A stretch of 64,000 nt of DNA from Actinomycetota bacterium (GTDB lineage Bacteria; Actinomycetota; UBA4738; JACQTL01): positions 4,001 to 68,000 of the forward strand of contig DASWED010000060.1 in assembly GCA_036394995.1 (NCBI GenBank), given 5' to 3'. The notes beneath the pieces were generated by a model. It worked only from the letters and a program-made list of their open reading frames with translations, was not told the DNA's origin and ran no database searches. A program made the translations under genes and the position numbers. Positions 28,201 through 35,293 of the stretch are shown here, in pieces (positions within the stretch are counted from its first letter, which is position 1; each line of letters opens with the position of its first letter).

Positions 28201-28320
28201 GTTCGCGTAGACCGGGCCCGCGACCAGCACTCCCACGCTGAAGCCGAGCGTGACGATCATGGCCAGCCCCAGGAGGCGCTGCGCAGCAAGACGCTTCAGC
28301 ACGAATCGGATCATCGCCAT
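25279..28320 (-). CDS. Large FtsX/MacB-type ABC transporter permease (two FtsX modules)
   Basis: 1013 aa. N-terminal TM followed by a long extracytoplasmic region. There are two clusters of TM helices, and the C-terminal end (...LLTSSVTSILRGE) is typical of FtsX-family permeases. Confidence 0.85.
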   Translation of the reverse strand: MAMIRFVLKRLAAQRLLGLAMIVTLGFSVGVLVAGPVYANASREAILSSAIHTAAVTVKNVRVTDFASAGFDYGAADRQLHEAAAALPVSVIRREGTSTVRLVAGPNERSTPLLFRDGGLDQIGTIAGRAPTAPDEVLLERDSADAMGLEIGDTVIAAGAGEVRVALTVTGTYRRVSRPTSDFWYGSQSPFPAPESTEPFPAILTPEGYMQLSGRLGLTSRFVWDVYLDLANTRFAEAESLPGELGALHFASGTPLAGARFQTAIPEVLATVQDRTENLRIPVYLVVFQIGAVALAVLAGVASLALSRQSFELAVLRSRGFTRGKLVGAQAAQVVLTAVLGYPVGLAIGTGLARLATHANGPTPPGTRYIVALSTPAMIAGAIGAVAAVAVLLLLSIPVIRRTIIEERRNLSREARPLLSRVPVELFVFPLGAAAFYEVKTRGFLPVTEKGSLDPLIVFAPTLLIFAASFLALRLLLWTLRALERPIGRTRSLALYLAGRRLGRSPGQSFAISLLLLLTFGLLVVSTSYRATVIRNHEDAAHQELGADHQVAVAAPHQPLPALAGLPSGTTPLIRTDVDLHRTFDLPPTALAIDPGTYATGGWWRADYSTQSEQELLGALSVPDPGVELPDGTDQLRVRFSASLSRGPGSRGLTLAAVTARTDGTVETHELGPLTDVERETTVPVGGARSLLSLVIRQPGSHSPDRLVLEVGVQAIAGGAASPVPVGGWEGLTWRGADARVEARGPDARAVVEPGVGHVAGGIVPPQPPLPALTSRAVAAPGQEFDANVGGQRFRFRSIGNATYFPSAIRDFLVMPLRPILIDTLRVPETGINVNEMWSMGDDPRDDLKGAGFAIRQEKSASTQVEFLSQLPQSLAVGMHFTAAAGGMALIILGVAVALYFTQRRREFEFASLRAMGSKRRTIAAVLLIEQALLIGFAVVAGLGLGFGVLRLMMPYFGKSLGVAIPPPILVLDWQALGVYGLAIAAATVLGVALAIRALLTSSVTSILRGEAE

Positions 28321-28421
28321 GTCGTGAACCGCGCCCGGGGCCGTGGCGCCCGGGCGCTTCGGTGCAACGTTACCGCGACCGGTATACGTGCCACCGACCC
28401 GGCGCCGTTCGCGAGGCCGCC

Positions 28422-28427
28422 TAGAAT
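28422..28427 (+). promoter_or_regulatory. -10 box (TAGAAT) 9 nt upstream of the metG start
   Basis: Sequence reads TAGAATgaccctcccATG. There is no SD, which implies a 5' UTR of only a few nt. Confidence 0.3.
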
Positions 28428-28436
28428 GACCCTCCC

Positions 28437-29969
28437 ATGGGGCGGCCCTTCTACATCACGACGCCGATCTACTACCCGAACGACGTCCCGCACATCGGGC
28501 ACGGGTACACGACGGTGGCCGCGGACTTCATCGCCCGGTACCACCGCCTGCGGGGCGACGACGTCCTGTTCCTCACCGGGACCGACGAGCACGGGCAGAA
28601 CATCCAGCGCCGGGCCAGGGCGAACGGGCAGGACCCCCAGACGTTCGTCGACGAGATGGAGCCGCGGTGGCGTGAGGTGTGGCGCCGGCTGGAGATCTCG
28701 CACGACGACTACATCCGGACCACGGAGCCGCGGCACGCCGCCGCGGTGACCACGCTGCTCCAGGCCGTGCACGACAACGGCCGGGACGACATCTACAAGG
28801 GGACGTACGAGGGCCTGTACTGCGTCTCGTGCGAGGCCTACTACACCGAGGACGAGCTCGTGGACGGGATGTGCCCGATCCACGGCCGCCCGGTGGAGCG
28901 CATGAGCGAGGAGAACTACTTCTTCCGCCTCTCCGCGTACGCCGAACCGTTGCTGGAGCACTACACGGCGAACCCGTCGGCCGTGCAGCCGGAGGTCCGC
29001 CGCAACGAGGTCCTCTCGCTGATCCGGGGGGGCCTGCGGGACTTCTCGATCAGCCGGACGTCGTTCGACTGGGGGATCCCCATCCCGTGGGACCCGAAGC
29101 ACGTCACGTACGTGTGGTTCGACGCCCTGACGAACTACATCACGGCGGCCGGGTACGGGACCGACGAGGAGCGGTTCGCCACGTACTGGCCGGCCCTGCA
29201 CCTCATCGGCAAGGACATCCTCCGGTTCCACGCGGTGTACTGGCCGGCCATGCTCATGGCCGCGGGCGTGGAGCCTCCCCGGCAGGTGTTCGCCCACGGG
29301 TTCCTCACGGTGGGCGGCAAGAAGATGTCGAAGACGAACGCCACCGGCATCCATCCGTTCGAGCTGATCGACCTCGTCGGCGTGGACGCCTACCGGTACT
29401 TCTTCATGCGGGAGATCCAGTTCGGCCAGGACGGGAGCTTCTCCCAGGAGGCGCTCGAGGAGCGGTACCACGCGGACCTGGCGAACGGGCTGGGGAACCT
29501 GGCCAGCCGGGTCCTCGCGATGCTGGCGTCGAACACGGAGGGCGCGGTCCCCGACGCGAACGACCCGGCGGAGGCCGGCAAGTTGCCGGCGCTCGTGGAC
29601 GAGGTGGTGGCCCGCTACGACGAGGCCATGGAGCGGCTGTCCCTGACCCAGGCCCTGGCCGCCGTGTGGGACGTGGTCGGGGAGGCCAACCGGTACCTGG
29701 TGGACCGGGCGCCGTGGGCCCTGGCCAAGGACCCGGGGCGGCGCGGCGAGATGGAGGCCGTCCTGTACGCCTCCGCCGAGGTGCTGCGGATCCTGGCCGT
29801 CCTGACGTTCCCGATCATGCCGGCGGCGGCCGGGAAGCTGTGGGTGCAGCTCGGCATGGAGGAGCCGCTGGAGGTCCAGCGCCTTCCCGAGTCCGCGCGG
29901 TGGGGCGGCCTGAAGCCGGGCGCGCAGACCGCCCGCGGCGAGTCGCTGTTCCCCCGTCTCGAGGCGTAG
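28437..29969 (+). CDS. metG: Methionine--tRNA ligase
   Basis: 510 aa. HIGH-type motif PHIGHGY and KMSKT motif GGKKMSKTN. Confidence 0.95.
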   Translation: MGRPFYITTPIYYPNDVPHIGHGYTTVAADFIARYHRLRGDDVLFLTGTDEHGQNIQRRARANGQDPQTFVDEMEPRWREVWRRLEISHDDYIRTTEPRHAAAVTTLLQAVHDNGRDDIYKGTYEGLYCVSCEAYYTEDELVDGMCPIHGRPVERMSEENYFFRLSAYAEPLLEHYTANPSAVQPEVRRNEVLSLIRGGLRDFSISRTSFDWGIPIPWDPKHVTYVWFDALTNYITAAGYGTDEERFATYWPALHLIGKDILRFHAVYWPAMLMAAGVEPPRQVFAHGFLTVGGKKMSKTNATGIHPFELIDLVGVDAYRYFFMREIQFGQDGSFSQEALEERYHADLANGLGNLASRVLAMLASNTEGAVPDANDPAEAGKLPALVDEVVARYDEAMERLSLTQALAAVWDVVGEANRYLVDRAPWALAKDPGRRGEMEAVLYASAEVLRILAVLTFPIMPAAAGKLWVQLGMEEPLEVQRLPESARWGGLKPGAQTARGESLFPRLEA

Positions 29970-29976
29970 GCGAACG

Positions 29977-30768
29977 ATGGGGATAAACCCTCAAGCGTCG
30001 GTGGAGGCGGGTGCCGTGGACACCCACTGCCACCTGTTCCTGCTGGACGGCGAACCTGCATCGGCGGTTGAGGCGGCGCGGCGCGCGGGGGTCAGCCGCA
30101 TGGTCTGTGTGGGGATCGACCCCACGTCGAGCCACCGCTCGGTGGAGCTGGCCGAATCGTTCCGGGGGGTGTTCGCCACGGCCGGCATGCATCCCCACAC
30201 GGCGAGCGATCTCGACGATCCCGCGGGGGCCGACATCGAGGAACTGCTGGCGAACCCGCTCGTCGTCGGGGTGGGGGAGTGCGGCCTCGACTACTACCGG
30301 ATGAAGTCGCCCCGGGAGGACCAGGAGCGCGCGTTCCGGCTGCACGTGAGGTGGGGCCGGGAGCTCGACAAGCCGCTCGTGGTCCACGTCCGGGACGCGT
30401 GGGAGGACGCCGTCCGGATCCTCGACGAGGAGGACGCCGAGCGGGTGGTCCTCCACTGCTTCTCCGGCGACCCCGAGATCGCGGTGGCATGCGGCGACCG
30501 GGGCTGGTTCATGTCGTTCGCCGGCAACGTCACGTACCCGAAGAACGAACACCTCCGGCAGGCCGCCTCCGTGGCACCTGGAGATCGACTGCTGGTCGAG
30601 ACCGACTCCCCGTTCCTCGCCCCGCAGCACCTCCGGGGGCGGGACAACGAGCCGGCGAACGCCATCGCGGTGGTCGAGGAGCTGGCCCGGGTGCGCGCCG
30701 TCCCTGTCCCGGAGATGCTCGCGACCACCACCGCGAATGCCCTGACGGCGTTCCCCGGCCTCCGCTAG
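29977..30768 (+). CDS. tatD: TatD-family metal-dependent hydrolase
   Basis: 263 aa. Motifs VDTHCHL, GECGLDY, VVHVRDA and VLHCFSG. Conserved position after metG. Confidence 0.9.
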   Translation: MGINPQASVEAGAVDTHCHLFLLDGEPASAVEAARRAGVSRMVCVGIDPTSSHRSVELAESFRGVFATAGMHPHTASDLDDPAGADIEELLANPLVVGVGECGLDYYRMKSPREDQERAFRLHVRWGRELDKPLVVHVRDAWEDAVRILDEEDAERVVLHCFSGDPEIAVACGDRGWFMSFAGNVTYPKNEHLRQAASVAPGDRLLVETDSPFLAPQHLRGRDNEPANAIAVVEELARVRAVPVPEMLATTTANALTAFPGLR

Positions 30769-30945
30769 GGCGGCATCGAGGCCCGGCCGACAGGATTTCG
30801 TGGGGCAGTCGGGGTCAGAGCAACCGACTTTACACCGAACTGCCGTTCGATTCTCAAGTTTGCAGTGAAGGTTGAGGCCTTGCTAGGGTTGCCCGCGTTT
30901 CCACCGATGGAGGCTCTGGTCCGGCTCTGCCGCTTCCCCCCGGGG

Positions 30946-30968
30946 CCTTCCTCCTTCAGGAGGCAAGG
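30946..30968 (+). promoter_or_regulatory. SD-sequestering hairpin at the start of the rpfB-position gene
   Basis: CCTTCCTCC (30946-30954) pairs with GGAGGcAAGG (59-68): 9 bp, one bulged C, loop TTCA. The 3' arm contains the AGGAGG SD and the first G of GTG 30968. Confidence 0.4.
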
Positions 30969-32137
30969 TGCGGGTACAACCGAGTCGGGTTCGGCGTCTG
31001 CGGGCCCGGCGCGCCGGACGGCGCGCCGTCGCGGGACTCTTCGCCGTCGCCTCGGTCCTGGCCGCTCGGCCGTCGATGGTGGTGGGGCTGGAGGCCTCCG
31101 CCGTGGCGGTCTCGCCGAGCGCCCCGGCGATCGGGGCCCTGCCGGCCGCGCCTTCCCTCCCCGCACGGCCCGTCGCCGCGACGCATCCGGAAGCGGCCGG
31201 AGCGGATGGGACGACCCTGGCGGCGGAGCGCGCCGCCGCCGTCTCCGGAGTGCCCCCGGTCCGGCTCGAGCTGACCGGGGCCAGCTCCGTGGAGGGGTGG
31301 ACGGTGGAACGCCCACATGGTGTGGGGGTCTGGGTGACGACGAGGCCGGGAGTCCGGGCGCAGGGCGCCCTGAGGCCCCCGGCCGGGGCCGCACCCTCCG
31401 TGATCCCGCTCGGCTGGCTCAGGCTGCACCGGGTACGTCCCGTGACCGTCGTGGTGAAGGGGAAGGACCACGACGTGCTCACCAATGCGGCGACGGTCCG
31501 GCAGCTCCTCTCGGCCATGGGGATCGAGCCGGACGGCAACGATCACGTCGCTCCGTCACTCCAGACCCCCCTTCCCCACGCGTCCCGGGTTCGGTTCGTC
31601 TCGATCGAGTTCCGGTGGATCCGGCACGTGTCGGCGATCCCGTTCGCCGTCCACACCACGATGACCCGGCAGCTCGCGCCGGGGAAGGTCCGGATCGTCC
31701 GGGCGGGCGTCGAGGGCGCCCTCGAGCGGCTGTACCGGATCCGCCTGGTCAACGGCCGCGAGGTGTCGACCGACCTCGTTTCCACGTCGACCGTACGCGA
31801 GCCCGTCGACGGGCTCCGCCAGGTCGGCGCCACACCGCCTCCACCCCCGCCCCCGCCGCCGCCTCCACCCCCGCCCCCGCCGCAACAGCCGAACGGGACG
31901 CACGAACGGGTGGGCGACGCGAGCTGGTACGACCACCCCGGCATCACCGCGGCCAGTCCCTGGCTGCCGTTCGGGACCGAGGTCACGGTCCGCAACCTCG
32001 AGAACGGGAAGACGGTGACCGTGGTAATCAACGACCGTGGACCGTTCGGCGGACGCATCATCGACCTCTCGCGGGAGGCGTTCTCCCGCATCGCGCCGCT
32101 CTCCCAGGGCGTCTGCCGCGTCCGGATCACCTGGTAG
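30968..32137 (+). CDS. DUF348-G5-polyPro-RlpA-like DPBB cell-wall protein (at the rpfB/yabE position)
   Basis: 389 aa. Signal/TM RRAVAGLFAVASVLAA. DUF348-like VTVVVKGKDHDVLTNAATVRQLL. G5-like ...VRIVRAGVEGALERLYRIRLVNGREVS...VG. P16 linker. C-terminal GDASWYDHPG...LPFGTEVTVRNLENGKTVTVVINDRGPFGGRIIDLS (RlpA/DPBB signature). Confidence 0.8.
   Translation: MRVQPSRVRRLRARRAGRRAVAGLFAVASVLAARPSMVVGLEASAVAVSPSAPAIGALPAAPSLPARPVAATHPEAAGADGTTLAAERAAAVSGVPPVRLELTGASSVEGWTVERPHGVGVWVTTRPGVRAQGALRPPAGAAPSVIPLGWLRLHRVRPVTVVVKGKDHDVLTNAATVRQLLSAMGIEPDGNDHVAPSLQTPLPHASRVRFVSIEFRWIRHVSAIPFAVHTTMTRQLAPGKVRIVRAGVEGALERLYRIRLVNGREVSTDLVSTSTVREPVDGLRQVGATPPPPPPPPPPPPPPPPQQPNGTHERVGDASWYDHPGITAASPWLPFGTEVTVRNLENGKTVTVVINDRGPFGGRIIDLSREAFSRIAPLSQGVCRVRITW
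31835..31882 (+). repeat. Perfect 24-bp tandem duplication encoding the poly-proline linker
   Basis: CCGCCTCCACCCCCGCCCCCGCCG occurs twice in tandem, encoding P8+P8. Confidence 0.9.
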
Positions 32138-32156
32138 CGCGAGGTCCGGCCCCGGC

Positions 32157-33002
32157 GTGCCCGGCGGGTCGCTCGGCGGGAGCGCCCTGCGGGATCTGGC
32201 CGCCCGCCACGGGATCCGACCCTCGAAGGCCCTCGGCCAGAACTTCCTGACCGACCCGAACCTGGCCCGGGCCATCGTGTCCGACGCGGGGGTCCGGCCC
32301 GGGGACCGGGTGGTGGAGGTCGGCGCAGGCCTCGGGTCGCTGACCCGGGCGCTGGCCGAGGCGGGCGCCGAGGTCGTCGCCGTGGAGGCCGATCGCGCCA
32401 TCATCCCTGCTTTGAGGGAATCCGTGGGAGAGCTCCCCGCGGTCCGCGTGGTGCACGCCGACGCCCTCCGGATCGACTGGGCCGCCGCACTCCCCGGGGG
32501 GCCGTGGCGGATGGTGTCGAACCTGCCGTACAACGTTGCCGTGCCCGTGCTGTTCCGGATGCTCGACGGTGCCCCTCAGGTGACGGACTACCTGGTGATG
32601 GTCCAGCGCGAGGTCGGGCAGCGGCTGGCGGCGGAGCCCGGGTCCGAGGCGTACGGCGCGGCCAGCGCGCGGCTCGCCTACCTGGCCGACGTGGCGATGG
32701 TCCGCCGCGTGCCGGCTTCGGTGTTCTGGCCGGCGCCTTCCGTGGAGTCGGTGCTGGTTCGGATCACGCCTCGCCGCCCGCCGGTGGCCGCGCCACGTGA
32801 GGCCCTGTTCCGGGTGATCGAGGCGGGTTTCGCCCAGCGCCGGAAGACCATGCGGAACGCACTGGTGCGCCTGGGGCTGGGCCCGGCCGACGCGGAGGCG
32901 GCCCTCCGGGGATGCGGGCTCGATCCGAACGTCCGGGCCGAGGAGCTCGGCCTCGAGGCGTTCGATTGCCTGGCCCGGGCCGCGGGGGGCCGCGATGGCT
33001 GA
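32157..33002 (+). CDS. rsmA: 16S rRNA (adenine1518/1519-N6)-dimethyltransferase
   Basis: GTG 32157 chosen because it lies after the stop of the upstream gene. Motifs LGQNFLTDPN, VVEVGAGLGSLT and SNLPYNV. Confidence 0.9.
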   Translation: MPGGSLGGSALRDLAARHGIRPSKALGQNFLTDPNLARAIVSDAGVRPGDRVVEVGAGLGSLTRALAEAGAEVVAVEADRAIIPALRESVGELPAVRVVHADALRIDWAAALPGGPWRMVSNLPYNVAVPVLFRMLDGAPQVTDYLVMVQREVGQRLAAEPGSEAYGAASARLAYLADVAMVRRVPASVFWPAPSVESVLVRITPRRPPVAAPREALFRVIEAGFAQRRKTMRNALVRLGLGPADAEAALRGCGLDPNVRAEELGLEAFDCLARAAGGRDG

Positions 33003-33915
33003 GCTGCGCGACGCCGGTCCCGGTGGTCCCGTGGAGCGCGACGAGGTCGCGCTCCCGGCCCACGCGAAGATCAACGTGTTCCTCCGTGTGCTCGGCCGGC
33101 GGGACGACGGGTACCACGACCTCGAGAGCCTGATCCTGCCCGTCTCACTGAGCGACGACGTCGTGGTCCGGCGGCAGCCGCACGTCTCGGCATCGGTCCG
33201 GCTCCCCGACGGCCGCCCGCTCCTGCTGTCCGATCCCATGGCGAACCTGGCGCTGCGGGCGGCCGCCGAGTGGTACGAGGCTCGGCCCGGGAAGGAGGAG
33301 GGCGCGTCGGTCGAGGTGGAGAAGCGGATCCCGGTGGCCTCCGGGCTGGGCGGCGGGAGCGCCGACGCCGCCACCACGTTGCGAGCGCTGAACGAGCTGT
33401 GGGGCCGGCCGTTCGGGGCCCCCGAGCTTGCCGGGATCGGCGCGCGGCTCGGATCCGACGTCCCGGCCCTGCTGGACGGCGGGCCGGTCCTGGTCGGCGG
33501 GCGGGGGGAGATCGTGGAGCCGGTGGTGGTCGCGCCGATGTGGTGGGTGCTGCTGCCGCAGCCCTTCGGGGTCCGGAGCGCAGAGGCGTACGCGTGGTGG
33601 GACGAGGAGCCGGGGAGCTCCGACCGCGACGTGGCGGCGGTGCTGGAGGCCGCCCGGGGCGGGCGGGTGGAGCGACTGGCCCGGCTTCTGTTCAACGACC
33701 TCCAGGCCCCGGTGGCCCGCCGCCACGCCCAGGTCCAGGTGGCCGTGGAGCGGCTGCTCGACGCGGGAGCGCTCGGCGCCGCGATGTCCGGCAGCGGACC
33801 GACCGTGGCCGGCCTGGTGGCGAACGAGGAGGACGCCCGCCGCATCGAGGACCGCGTCCCCGGCGCCATCGCCGTGACGTCGCCACCGCCTCGCGTCCCC
33901 TCCGGTCCCGCATAA
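32995..33915 (+). CDS. ispE: 4-diphosphocytidyl-2-C-methyl-D-erythritol kinase
   Basis: 306 aa. Motifs AHAKINVFLRVLGRRDDGYHDL and GHMP motif IPVASGLGGGSADAA. Overlaps rsmA by 8 nt. Confidence 0.9.
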   Translation: MAELRDAGPGGPVERDEVALPAHAKINVFLRVLGRRDDGYHDLESLILPVSLSDDVVVRRQPHVSASVRLPDGRPLLLSDPMANLALRAAAEWYEARPGKEEGASVEVEKRIPVASGLGGGSADAATTLRALNELWGRPFGAPELAGIGARLGSDVPALLDGGPVLVGGRGEIVEPVVVAPMWWVLLPQPFGVRSAEAYAWWDEEPGSSDRDVAAVLEAARGGRVERLARLLFNDLQAPVARRHAQVQVAVERLLDAGALGAAMSGSGPTVAGLVANEEDARRIEDRVPGAIAVTSPPPRVPSGPA

Positions 33916-33970
33916 TCGCAGTCGCGAGGGCCCGTTCCGACTCGAGGCCTCCGCGAAGCGCCGATCACCC

Positions 33971-34041
33971 TCCGGGGTCGTCTAACGGCAGGACGGGGGC
34001 CTTTGGAGCCCCAGATGGAGGTTCGATTCCTCCCCCCGGAA
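33971..34041 (+). tRNA. tRNA-Gln (anticodon TTG)
   Basis: Manual cloverleaf. Acceptor TCCGGGG/CCCCGGA (U1-A72), D stem GTCT/GGAC, anticodon stem GGGGC/GCCCC with loop CTTTGGA, T arm GGAGG-TTCGATT-CCTCC, discriminator A. CCA is not encoded. Confidence 0.85.
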
Positions 34042-34270
34042 CCCCGGCCGTCGCCCGGTGGACGGCCCAACTGAAGCCTCTCAGGTCGGCCTCCTTGGCC
34101 GAACACCGCCACGGTGAGAGAGGATGAACCCCTCTGGAGCGGTCGTCCTCTACCTGGAGGACGTGGCCTTCAACTCGCACAGCGTCTTCATGGCGCTGCG
34201 GTAGTCCGGCCGGGGTGGGCGCTCGTCCGCCCCTGCTTGCCGGACGCGAGCGGTCGGTTGCTCAGGTTGC

Positions 34271-35200
34271 GTGTGGCATCCTGCCGGGGTGCCTCGTACT
34301 CCCTCTCGAACGTTCGTCGTGCTCGCCGTCGTCGCGGTGGTCTGCGTGGCGCTGGCGATGCCTGTCGGCGCGTCGGCGAAGCACCGCCCGAGTCCCGGCC
34401 ATGGGGCTCGCCTGCCCGTCGCGGAGCGTCTCGACAACCTCCGGCTGGATCTCGTCGGTCCGATGTCCCGGATCAGGGCGTACACGGCCCTGTGGCTGGG
34501 GATCCAGGCCCGGGTGAAGGGGGCGCAGGCACGTCTTCGACACGACGACCGCGTGTTGCGACGAGGACCGGGAACGGCCGAGGCGCGCCGGATCCGTGCG
34601 GACGTGCGGCACGAGCAGCGGTTGCTCGATCCGCTGCTCCCGACGTGGCTGCGGACCAAGGCCGAGCTCCACCACGACTGGAACCAGGTCAAGGCGACAA
34701 TCGAGAGGCTGCGCCGCGTGGTCGTGGCCGTGCTGGGCCGGCGTCCCGGGCGGACCGACCCGCACCGGTGGCGTCGCGTGTTCCATCCGAAGCCCAACCC
34801 CGGCCAACGGGCCGGGCTGTTCAAGGCCTGCCCCGTGCTCGGTCCGTTCGCGCTGGTCGACACGTTCGGTGCGCCCCGGCCCGGAGGACGGATCCACGAG
34901 GGCGACGACATGCAGGCGGCTCGTGGAACCCCGATCCTCGCCGCCGTTCCCGGCGTGGTCCGGCGGGTCCCGAACACCCTCGGCGGCAATGCGGTGATCC
35001 TCGACTCGGCCCCCGGCTACATGTACTACGCGCACCTGTCCGCCTACGGTGCCACGGGCCGGGTCCCGGCGGGGACGGTGATCGGCTACGTCGGCGACAC
35101 CGGGGACGCCCGCGGGCTCATCCCGCACCTGCACTTCGAGTTCCACCCCGGCGGCGGCGACGCCGTGGATCCGTTCGCGGCGCTCCAGCGCGTGTGCTGA
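34271..35200 (+). CDS. M23-family peptidoglycan metalloendopeptidase
   Basis: 309 aa. Signal/TM FVVLAVVAVVCVALAMPVGASA. Arg-rich helical middle region. Motifs HEGDD and HLHFEFH. Confidence 0.85.
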   Translation: MWHPAGVPRTPSRTFVVLAVVAVVCVALAMPVGASAKHRPSPGHGARLPVAERLDNLRLDLVGPMSRIRAYTALWLGIQARVKGAQARLRHDDRVLRRGPGTAEARRIRADVRHEQRLLDPLLPTWLRTKAELHHDWNQVKATIERLRRVVVAVLGRRPGRTDPHRWRRVFHPKPNPGQRAGLFKACPVLGPFALVDTFGAPRPGGRIHEGDDMQAARGTPILAAVPGVVRRVPNTLGGNAVILDSAPGYMYYAHLSAYGATGRVPAGTVIGYVGDTGDARGLIPHLHFEFHPGGGDAVDPFAALQRVC

Positions 35201-35293
35201 ATCGGCGTTCGAGCCGTCGCCACTGGGCCGCGATGTTGCGGCGACCTGCCCCGGCCGGGTACAACACACCCACCCCCTGAACCCGAGGACCGA

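Noticed and set aside
29977-30768. TatD nuclease as part of a defence system (QatD-like)
   Set aside because: It sits in the universally conserved metG-tatD-ksgA housekeeping arrangement. No QatABC-like partners are present.
30769-30945. Firm call of a ydaO (c-di-AMP) riboswitch
   Set aside because: I could find only scattered matches to the conserved blocks (CCGACAG, UAGGG, GGAGGC), and not in the canonical order. It is kept only as an unclassified candidate leader pending a covariance-model search.
31835-31882. Short tandem repeats (here and at 57907-57969) as CRISPR or minisatellite arrays
   Set aside because: There are only two copies each. They are in frame inside coding sequences (poly-Pro linker, DMY peptide repeats), there are no spacers, and no cas genes are present.
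33971-34270. tRNA-Gln as an integration site for a mobile element
   Set aside because: No integrase, excisionase or phage genes are nearby. I found no direct repeat of the tRNA 3' end downstream, and the flanking genes are native-like in composition.
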